From Octopus bimaculoides (taxonomy: Eukaryota): a DNA stretch of 64,000 nt. This document shows positions 53,655 to 64,000 of the stretch, piece after piece. Both the position numbers and the translations under genes were made by a program. Positions within the stretch are counted from its first letter, which is position 1; each line of letters begins with the position of its first letter. The notes below the pieces were generated by a model that made no database searches, was not told where the DNA came from, and worked only from the letters and a program-made list of their open reading frames with translations. The stretch covers positions 15,536,178 through 15,600,177 of the forward strand of contig NC_069004.1 of NCBI RefSeq assembly GCF_001194135.2, written 5' to 3'.

Positions 53655-53835
53655 TTGTTGTTGTTGGCACTCCGTCGCTTGCGACGTCGAGGGTTCCAAT
53701 TGATCCGATCAATGGAACAGCCTGCTCGTGAAATTAACGTGCAAGTGGCTGAGCACTCCACAGACACGTGTACCCTTAACGTAGTTCTCGGAACCATGTG
53801 GTTGGTAAACAAGCTACCTACCACACAGCCTCTCC
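53655..53835 (-). mobile_element. Chimeric SINE: family D head fused to family A tail
   Basis: 53792-53835 matches 47507-47550; 53655-53791 matches the reverse complement of 48080-48205. Confidence 0.8.
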
Positions 53836-53897
53836 TAATATATGTGAATTTATATAGCAGATTCCTTAGTATATCATAGGTTTCTGCAGTCGATAGG

Positions 53898-53929
<32 letters not shown>

Positions 53930-53991
53930 CATTTTAATTATTTCTGTGGGAGGTTTTGGAACATAATAACACCTATGATAGTCGAGGGATT

Positions 53992-54374
53992 NNNNNNNNN
54001 NNNNNNNNNNNNNNNNNNNNNNNNNNNNNNNNNNNNNNNNNNNNNNNNNNNNNNNNNNNNNNNNNNNNNNNNNNNNNNNNNNNNNNNNNNNNNNNNNNNN
54101 NNNNNNNNNNNNNNNNNNNNNNNNNNNNNNNNNNNNNNNNNNNNNNNNNNNNNNNNNNNNNNNNNNNNNNNNNNNNNNNNNNNNNNNNNNNNNNNNNNNN
54201 NNNNNNNNNNNNNNNNNNNNNNNNNNNNNNNNNNNNNNNNNNNNNNNNNNNNNNNNNNNNNNNNNNNNNNNNNNNNNNNNNNNNNNNNNNNNNNNNNNNN
54301 NNNNNNNNNNNNNNNNNNNNNNNNNNNNNNNNNNNNNNNNNNNNNNNNNNNNNNNNNNNNNNNNNNNNNNNNNN
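53992..54374. other. Assembly gap (about 383 N)
   Basis: N run. Confidence 0.99.
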
Positions 54375-54414
54375 AAATTAGCAGCTAATTCAATTCACAA
54401 CAGAAGTATCTCTA

Positions 54415-54720
54415 CATCATCATCATTGTCGTCGTTTAACGTCCGCTTTCCATGCTAGCATGGGTTGGACGATTTGATTGAGGACTGGTGAAACCAGATG
54501 GCTACACCAGGCTCCAATCTGATTTGGCAGAGTTTCTACAGCTGGATGCCCTTCCTAACGCCAACCACTCAGAGAGTGTAGTGGGTGCTTTTACGTGTCA
54601 CCCGCACGAAGGCCAGTCAGGCAGTACTGGCAACGGCCACGCTCAAAATGGTGTATTTTATGTGCCACCCGCACAAGAGCCAGTCCAGGGGCACTGGCAA
54701 CGATCTCACTCGAAAATCCT
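54415..54720 (-). mobile_element. Young SINE family B copy
   Basis: Reverse-complement match to 8061-8352; CpGs retained. Confidence 0.88.
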
Positions 54721-55256
54721 AAAAGAAGCAAAGTCTCTCATCAACAATGATTAATTAATTATATGAACATGGGACATAATTAGCAGGAAGTTGGCAAATC
54801 GAAAGAATCAGCCCAACCATAGGATACATTGTAGTGACTGAATTTACTCCAGGTTGTCACAGGCAGCTGCAGAGGCAACAACCATCAGTAACCACCAAAA
54901 TTCTGATAAAAACATACTGGATTTTGAGTTAGAATTTCTGTCTCTGCACAATTAGTAGATAATGGTTAACCCGATGCTGGATTCAACTGTCCTATGTTAG
55001 TCTCTGTTAACTCATCTATGCTGGGAACGGTTCAGGTTTGGCTGCCAATGACCTGACAAAAGATTGTGAAGTTAAGGTTTTGAGCTATCGATCAAATAAT
55101 TCAAGAGTTTTGAAAATAGGTGTTGTGATGTGTACTAAGCAAAGATCCAGCAGAACCGAGACAAATGAAGAGAGTAGAAAATCATACTAAGTCTTCATTG
55201 TCTCATATCATTTGTGATTGACTAAATAGTTAATAGTAATGTACTAGGATGTGAAG

Positions 55257-55630
55257 GTGCATGGCTCAGTGGTTAGAGCATCAGGCTTACAATCATGAGG
55301 TTGTGAGTTTGATTCCTGGACAGGGCTGTGTGTTGTTCTTGAGCAAGACACTTTATTTCATGTTGATTCAGTTCACTCAGCTGTAGAAATGAGTTGCGAC
55401 ATCACTGATGCCAAGCTCTATTGGCCTTCTTGGATAACATCAGTGGCATGGAAAGAGGAAACTGGTATGCATGGACAACTGCTGAGCTTCCACAAATAAC
55501 CTTGCCTGGACTTGTGCCTCAGAGGTGAACTTCTTAGGTGCAATCCCATGGACAACTGCTGAGCTTCCACAAATAACCTCGCCTGGACTTGTGCCTCAGA
55601 GGTGAACTTCTTAGGTGCAATCCCATGGCC
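55257..55630 (+). mobile_element. tRNA-derived SINE with internal 77-bp tandem duplication
   Basis: TGGCTCAGTGGTTAGAGC head, CTTGAGCAAGACACTT domain; duplicated unit 55470-55546 / 55547-55623. Confidence 0.85.
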
Positions 55631-55788
55631 ATTCTTGACCAAAGTGAGTATTTACCCTTTTATTTAAGATCATTTCATTTACTTACAACTTTGCAGAACT
55701 ACAATACCTGGGGTTCAATTAAACAGTAAAACTAAATAAATAAGATTTAAAGAGAAATAAAAATATCTCTTAGGAGGCTGATATTTAC

Positions 55789-58700
55789 CTGAGTCAAATC
55801 CAACACCCTTGGTTGCACCCAGGTCATGTAAACTTTTTCATCCACTTGATCTATATGCCCACAAACTAACCCCAAACTCAGGGCCTTCATCACAAGAGGT
55901 TCAACCTAAAATGATAGAAGAAATTACATAATCTGTTTCAACATTTTAATGAAGGCAAACAAAAGAATCCAGCTCAAGTATTAACCACCCACTCCCTCGA
56001 CAACCAGATTCACTTCCATTTTTTAAAGAAGGCTTTAACTCTTTAGCATTCAGATTATTATGTCAAATATATATTTATTCATGTTGTTGTTAATTCATCA
56101 TGCATTATCTTGTAGCTTCAAGATTTTGTTGGTGTGATTGTTTTATTCTTAGAATTACATTATAGAGTAGGTGTGAAAAGTTGGATGTTGCTAGTTTGAA
56201 TGCTAAAGGGTTAAATCTGAACATTAAAATGTAGAATACTGGATGCCAGGTAGGAAAAGATCTGTTGAAAATATGATAAAGGCACAGCATATAAAAACTA
56301 CCGATAGACATATACAAAAACTACATATGTAAAAGTAGACAAGCTTCTTTGGCATCTTCTAAGTCATACATAAATCTAAAATTTATTTTGGATTTTAGTG
56401 AAAGTATAGTAACTCAAGGAGAACTGCTGACAACAGTTCTCACTCCATCCAAAAGACAGATTATATTAAACATGTGTAACAAGTATGATGTCACATAAGA
56501 TAATTTGAATATGTGGAGAGAGAGAAAGAGAGAGAGATATGTGAAATGTGAGACAATGATTGTTGTTGTGACAGTGGAAGGTCACAGAGAGACCAAAACA
56601 GACAGGAAGAAGTGGTGAGATCAGATCTCAGGGAAGGGTTAATGCAGCACAGAGGTTAACAGTGATTTACTATACTGCACACTTATTCAACCAATAACAG
56701 CATCGAAAAAGAAATGATAACAATAATGAAGATGATGAGGATTGACTTACACAAAATGTTGGATTAGAAATATAATAATATAGGCTTTTCATGATTCTAT
56801 CATCATCCTTTAATGTCCATTTTCCATGATGACATGAGTGGGACAGTTTGACCAGAGATGGCAAGCAGAAGAGCAGCACCAAGTTCCAGTCTGATTTGGC
56901 TTGATGTCATTCCCAATGGCAAGCACTTTTACAGAGTGTGCTGGATGCTTTTAATGTGGCACCAGCACAAATGCATTCCTGTGATACTGGCATGATTGCT
57001 TTTTACATGGCACCAGCACAGTGGTGCATCGGCTGGGTCTATAATAGTGGGAAATAGGAAAGAGGTAAATTCTGAATAGGCAGGACAGATGAATGGATAC
57101 AGGTAATGTTATGGAGTTTGATCCTACTGTGCAGTATCTTGTGCAAATGTCTTCTATTACAGCCTTATGAGTAAAACAGGGTACAAAGGAACTGAGTGGA
57201 AGTCTAGGGACCATTCCCATTCTTGTTGGGTGGACTTTATCCAGTTTGGTTTAAAACCACCACCTGGGCCTTGGAAAAGTTTTGTGGAGTGGAGTCTGTT
57301 ACAAGCATTCAACCCAAGTGTCCAGTCTGAGGACAACTTACTCCCTTTTTCCCCACTGGCCAAAGGAAGCCCTACAAAGGGTTGATGAGTGCAGCTCCAT
57401 TTTCTATGGTTGTGTCATTGAAAAGGTTAAAATACAGCAAAAGGAAAATAAAGGTAGGTGAGACAAAGAAGAAACAGCCATACTTCATATAAAGGTATAT
57501 CAGCTTCTCTGGCAATGTCAGCAAAAGAGAGTTGACGACTAGTTGCTGGTCTGCTGAAAGTCATCTGTAAAAGTCAAGAAATTAGTTAATTATTTGTGAT
57601 TATGAACAGTCACAACAAGGGCTTCTAAATAGTTTTTGCAAACAGAACAATATGTGTAGGTAACTTATGCATAATCCTTCTCTTACAAACTAGGACTTAT
57701 TAACCCTGTAAGTTGGCTGAAATAAAGAGTTTAAATGCCTTGTCTGATGATACATATTAGTCTCTGCAACAACAGCAACTTGAAAAGCAGGAAATCTTGT
57801 TGTGTTACTTATATTAAATTTATCATTCTTAATGGCCCTGGGGTATAATAGAAGATGCTTGTCCAACTATCTTGTTAATTTACCTTTCCAACCTTGGAAG
57901 GCTCCTTCAACATTAATTGACTGTTGTGAGACTAAATTTATATTGTATAAATAATGTGTGTGTGTGAGTGAGAGAGAGAGAGAGAGAGAGGATGCAAAAT
58001 AAATTTCAGCTATGAGATACAAAAACAAATGAAGCTGCATCTGCAACAATTTATGCAGGACCAGTGAACCCAGATAACTAACATGGCTAAAAATATTCTT
58101 CGGAAGAAAATATTTTTAAAAAACCCCCCAAAAAACTCTAAATGAATTTTGCAAAATAATTAACTAGAAATACTGTAATGATATAAAACACTTGATGTAT
58201 TTTGTTAATTTCTTTGTGCTACATATCAAGTTGGTTTAATAAGAAAATACATTTATTTTCAGCAGATAATTTTTTCATCAGTTTACAAAAAGATTAAAAG
58301 GATTGCAAAGAACTTTTCTTCACAGAAATAAACAGACAACATTATCCAAATTCAGAGAAAAGTTAGGAAAACCCCAAAATGTTACAATGAAGATCATCTA
58401 AACGTTATGATTGTACAAGTATCATCATGGACATAGAAGAGAATTTTGAAATAAAGAACTGACAGAAATGATAGTTACCTCCATGAGACAAAGCAGACGG
58501 ATCTTTTGTTTAAGAGCAACTTCTTCCGCCACAAGTTCTGGCTGAAAAAATCAAGTAAGTTAATATAGAACATTTGGTGAAATATGAAGATGCTAGACAA
58601 GGTAGCAAATATTGATTTAAAATCTTGGCACAAGGCCAGCAAGTTCAAAGGAAGGGACTAGTCAATTACATTAACTCCAGTACTCAACTGGAACTTATTT

Positions 58701-61700
58701 TATCAACCCCCAAAGGGATGATAGGCAAAGTTGACCGTGTCAGAATTTGAACTCAGAACGTAAAGACAGATGGAATGCTGCTAAGCATTTTGCCCTGCAT
58801 GCTAACAGTTCTGCCAGTTTGTTGCCTTACAAAGACACCAATTTTAAAAGAAAAGAAAGGCATTTCTAAACAAAGAAAGCTACACTTCAAAGTGAAACCA
58901 TCCAGCCATAGAAATCAGGCTGGGGTCTGGTGCAGCCTCTCAGCTTACTAGCCCTGGTCAAACCGTCCGACTCATGCCAGTATGGACAACGGTTGTTAAA
59001 TGATGATGATGATGATGATATTAAAAAAGAATCTGAATCTTAATAAACAGAAAAAATCTAACTATTCTCAAATATATCAGCCTTGTTTTTTTTCCCTAGC
59101 ATAAAAATGGTGTGCTGAGATTGACCTGGTCATCTTAGAGGGGTTAAAATCCATTAGGTAGACTTCTATAACCCTTATAACATACAAACTGACCATATCA
59201 GGCCCAAATATTCCACATGTTTTATGTTCAAACTGGCCCAGCTACTGTTCCTCACGTCTACCCTACAATATCATTCTAAAAACAAACCATCACATCACTG
59301 AAATTGCATAGCTACAGGATAATAAATGATCGAATTCAAAACAGTGTGAATAAATAAGCATAACATTTGAAAGAGTGATCTGAATGCTAAAGGGTAAATG
59401 AGATTCATTCACAAGCTGACTTTCATTATACTTTAGACACTGTTAGGTTTACTGAAAGACAAAGTCATTGAAATGAAGGCATCACATGAAAAGAAAAATC
59501 TACTTACCACTGCAGCCCAATGTGTCTTTAGGCTATCAAATTTAGCAAGGTTGCCACTATTAAAAGCGTATAACAGTTGTACTAGCCATTCTCTATTGGT
59601 ACCAGTGAGGCTGTTTACAATGGGGTGAGCCAACTAGGAGAAAAATAAAAATAAAGAGAATTTTTCATGGATCTAAGGCAGAAGACAAACAGAAAAATAT
59701 AACTTTGTAATAGTGATCGAAGAGGAGAAGAAAGGAGATTCTGTGACCTTCATAGATTTACCAAAGACATTATCTTCTTTGGGAGAGAAAATGTCTCTAA
59801 TTTCATTGCAGACTGGGTTGGCTTGAAGTTTGGCTTTATTCAAAATTATTTGCCAAAATGAAATAACAGAGTCTGAGAAAATCTAAAATCATTTCTGTTG
59901 CCAGAGGATTCAGAATATCAAGGCTTGTTGCAGTCAAGACACTTCTGATGATGTAGCAGTTGCTGCTGCTACTACTACTACTACTACTACCACCACTGTG
60001 AAAACAATTGTTGACTATTACTCAAATTTCCATCAGTTTTTAGGTTCCTTATTATTATTATTATGGCCTAGTAGTTAGGGTGTTGCACTCAAGATTGCAA
60101 GATTGTGGTTTCAATACCTAGACTGGGTGGTGCATTGTGTTTTTGAGCAAAACACTTCATTTCAGGTTGCTCTGTCATCACTTCAACACCTGATGTGTGG
60201 TACACAATGCACCTATTCAGGCAACGTCGATTTGATGGGAAGAGGGAGCTAATGAGAGGCACATACGTTTGATCAATGTAAACAAATCATTTGTGTAGAT
60301 CATTTGGCAAAAGCTGAACATTCATACATTGTCTTCAATAGGAGAGTCCATCATCATCATTTAACCTCTGCTTTCCATGCTGGCATGGGTTGGACGGTTT
60401 GACTGAGGACATCATTATTATTATTACTGCAAGAAACTGACAGAATCATTAGCCCACTGGGCAAACTGCTTAACAGCTTTTCTTCTGGCTTTACGTTCTG
60501 AATTCAAATTCCACCAAGGTCAACTTTGCCTTTCATCCTTTCAGAGTTAATAAATTAAGTACCAGTCAAATACTGGGGTTGATGCAATTGATTAACACCA
60601 CCTCACACCAAAATTCTGGGTCTTGTGTCGAGGGTAGAAAGTATTATTTTCTCCACTTGAAGATATTTTATTCTTTCTTGTACCTCTCTCTCACTGGCTA
60701 ACCATGTACCTCCTCTATAGCAAGACATCTGTTTCTGCCCCTCTGTCTCTTTGTCACCCTCTAACCTTCCATCCCCTGACACACTCATAATTCCTTGTTT
60801 TGCAAGTTACTTGGTAGCTCTGCCAGTACTGGTGCCATGTAGAAAGCATCCAGTCCAAACTGTAAAGTGGTTGGCATTTCTAAGGGCATCTAGCTGTAAA
60901 AATCATGCCAAAATTAACCTTACCTGTGCTAGTGCCACATAAAAATCACTGAGTCCACTTTGCAGAGTGGTTGGCATTAGGAAGGGCATCAAGTTGTAAA
61001 AACTCTGCTGAAACAGACACAGTAGCCTAGGGTAGTTTTTCTACCTGGCCAGCTCCTGTCAACTGTCCTACCCAATAATGCAAGGACGATGGATGTTAAG
61101 CAATGATGATGATGATGATGAAAGGTAGGGGGAAAATTAACTTACCAATTCTCCAAAATTATAAACACCATCTCCAAGGAGGGCAGAAATACCCAGCTGG
61201 TATGCCCTTTGTTGCTTTTCATCAACTGAAATGTGAAATCATTCATAATTAGTCTAAACATGACATCACACACAAATGTGTCAACTTTGGAATAGATTTA
61301 CCTTGGAATTTTAAGGTTTTTCCATTCCAAGGGTTGATTTTGTATGCATTATAGAACGTTGGAGCAGAATTTGAGATATCAAAAATGAAGAGAACCATTA
61401 CACAGTTCAAACCTTTTTGAGATTTTTAATTGATCCTTTTGCAAAAAAAAAAAAAGTCTTGTACCTCATCAAAAAATATAATTAATTACTGAAAGTTAAA
61501 TAATCAAATATAGAAATCCCTGCTGCCAGAAGAATCATAAGTTGAGAAGTGTCAACAGTTAGAATATCTTGAATGATTTTGGACTGGACCAAACTACAGC
61601 TGCGCCATGGAAATAACAAAATAAATGAAGGCAATAAGGAACTTCTATATGGATGCTAAACCCGCTAGAAATAGCAGCCAAATATTTCTCAAATCACATC

Positions 61701-62757
61701 CTAATGTTTTATTAGAGTTACAGTGAACAATGTCCTGGGAGTCATAATTGCAGATGGTATGGTCGTGGTTGGAATGGCCTTTGATCATAGTTCTACATGC
61801 TCTATCAGTGTTGACCGGGAGTTAAACAGTAACAACAGAAATAAAATTACTTAAAAATTTCATTAACAAGAATACTAACCAGGAATATCTTCCATGTCAA
61901 TGCAGCCCAAAAAGCGTAAAGCATCTTTGTAATATGGCGCATGGCTGTGAATCATGTGCAAATAAGAGCTTGATAAGTTATAGAAACGTCCATGGACTGA
62001 GGTAACTCCATCTAATCCTTCTAGCAGTTCTCGAGCTTCTTCTATGATTTTCTGAGGAAGAACAAAGAGGACAGCAAGATCAAAACCGAGAATAAAACAT
62101 CAAAATTTCAGAAATTTAATCCATCCAAAAATAGAATAACAAATAAAAGAAGACATGGGACGAAGTATTAAAGGTTGATCTCAAAACACTGAGCCTTATG
62201 AGGGAAATGACAGAGGACTAAGATATGTGGTACACTGTTGTACTCAAGAAGACCTACCTACCACAATAGAATTGAGATCCTGAAAGTAAGGTGCCATGTA
62301 AAAGGCATTGGTGTAGGTGCTGGTACCATGTAAAAAGCACTGGTGATGGTCCCATATAAAAGGCACCCAGTAGACTCTGTAAAGTGGTTGGTGTTAGGAA
62401 GGGCATCTAGCCATAGAAACCAAGCCAAAACAGACAATGGAACATGGTGCCAGTTCCTGTCAAGCCCTCCAACCCATGTCAACATGAAAAACAGACATTA
62501 AATGTTAATGATGATGAAGTTGCTCTAGTTTTTAAAAACATATAGAATTATACATGGTAGAGTGATAACTGAATTCAGACAATAACAGGGAAAATAGTTG
62601 CAACGCGAAATTTTAAAATGTGATGTTAAACTATTCAACAAAAAAAAAAAATCTCTTATCATAAACTCACCTTTGTATCTTCAAGTTTATCACTTTTTAA
62701 TTTTAAAGTGGCAATGGTGGTTAGCACTAAGATTTTTGCTTCTTCATTACTTTTAAT
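55789..62757 (-). CDS. PSMD13: 26S proteasome non-ATPase regulatory subunit 13 (Rpn9), partial, 242 aa visible; exons complement(join(55789..55905,57484..57564,58479..58541,59508..59633,61146..61225,61880..62051,62671..62757))
   Basis: Seven in-phase GT-AG exons: [15 protein letters not shown]..; [25 protein letters not shown]; [18 protein letters not shown]; LYAFNSGN; [16 protein letters not shown]; [27 protein letters not shown] (PCI domain). 5' exons are outside the window; last exon not located. Confidence 0.95.
56035..56214. mobile_element. piggyBac-type MITE family 1, internally shortened, both ends intact
   Basis: TTAA-CTCTTTAGCATTCA ... TGAATGCTAAAGGG-TTAA. Confidence 0.85.
59170..59398. 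mobile_element. piggyBac-type MITE family 1 in PSMD13 intron
   Basis: Body matches 28378-28592; ends GAATGCTAAAGGG. Confidence 0.78.
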
Positions 62758-64000
62758 CTGAATGAGAAGGAAGGAGTGTAATGTGAAAAATCAGGGTTAA
62801 CACTAAAATATGCACAGACACACACAGACCTACACATACACTTCTCAGCAACTTGGTTGCAGACATCTCAACATCCTTCGCAAACTAAGAAAGGGTGATG
62901 AGCCAGTAACAGACCCTCTGTGTGATCATTAGACCTGTTAGAAATAACAATGAAATCTCTCTCAAAACACACCTTCCCATCTTTACTAAACAACATACTT
63001 CTGAGTGAAATAATCTCTCAATGTCATTTAGCAGCTGACTACAAATATTGAGGTGGGTGAGTTTTGTCAGAAAAAAGCTAGAAAGGGAAACAATCTAAAA
63101 TAATTCAGTAAGTTTTTTTTTTTTTTAAATCCCTTTTTTCCTTATTATGGATGAAAGGTTTGAATACATTCTTGGAGCAGGTGGTTTACAACTGTGAGAG
63201 ATCCTATATTCTTGCTAGATATATTAAAGAAAAAATACCAGTCGGGTATTAGAAATAACCTTTGACTTCATGGTCTATTATTAATAAGAAACCTAACAAT
63301 TACTCAGTCACACACAATAGAAACAGTTTGAAAACTTCATTGTCAGATTTAACAAATTTAAAATTTAAAAAGGACATTACTGTTAGAAAATTAAGCCAAA
63401 TCTTAATTCATATTATAGCATTATAGCTTAAATTCTATTTGAGCTTTAGACTCTTTCTATTTCAACCAATTTCTGATGACATTTCCCTAACCAATGTCTA
63501 CATATCTATAAGTACTATCTGAGCAAGACATAAAAAGCTAATGGATCTAGTTCAAAACGGGGGCACCAGTATTTTCTTAACGAAACACTTTGAAACTTGG
63601 GACACTGGTAGAATGTGTCATATAAAACATCTTTTTCTCTTAGTTTTCTTAACAAAAAAACGTACATTGCAAGTTATTCCATGTTAAAGTTGTTGTATTT
63701 CTGTAATTTCAACCAATGACTGACGTCCATTCAGTCGAATATAGTAAGTGCTGACTACGTAAGCAAACGATTCTGGCGGTAATAAAATTATTATTTCCTT
63801 GTCAAAAAATGGCTGAAGCATATTGGCAGTAGGGTTAGGGTTAGGGAGTAGCTAATAAACTTTTCATAAAGTTCAGGCAGATGTTAACGAAATAAACACG
63901 CGTGAAAGAAAATGAAAAAAAGCAAATGTTGTACACATACAGTTCAGGCAGATGTTAACGAAATTATAAATGGAGATTAAATACGCTTTACACCGCTTAA

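Overview
AT-rich, repeat-dense, intron-rich animal genomic DNA with four N gaps. The SINE/MITE repertoire resembles an octopod cephalopod (inference from recall, not a search). There is no prokaryotic, phage or CRISPR content. Five conserved housekeeping genes were rebuilt by hand from GT-AG sites and exon phase: metaxin-1/3-like (minus, 8 exons, 327 aa); RIOK2 (plus, 10 exons, 515 aa); a C18orf32/UPF0729 small protein (minus, 2 exons, 73 aa); an intronless DNAJC16 (plus, about 763 aa); and seven exons of PSMD13 (minus; 5' exons lie beyond the window and the last exon was not found). They form two head-to-head pairs. The rest is tRNA-derived SINEs, RTE LINE fragments, piggyBac-type TTAA MITEs, mariner remnants and microsatellites. 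The most interesting signals are two intronic hammerhead-ribozyme-like motifs. One is a canonical type I hammerhead at 6926-6979, broken by exactly three CpG>CpA transitions. The other is a G3:C8-variant core with a palindromic minimal stem III, repeated inside a Penelope-like palindrome at 23.4-23.6 kb. Coordinates were counted by eye; repeat boundaries are approximate and no searches were run.
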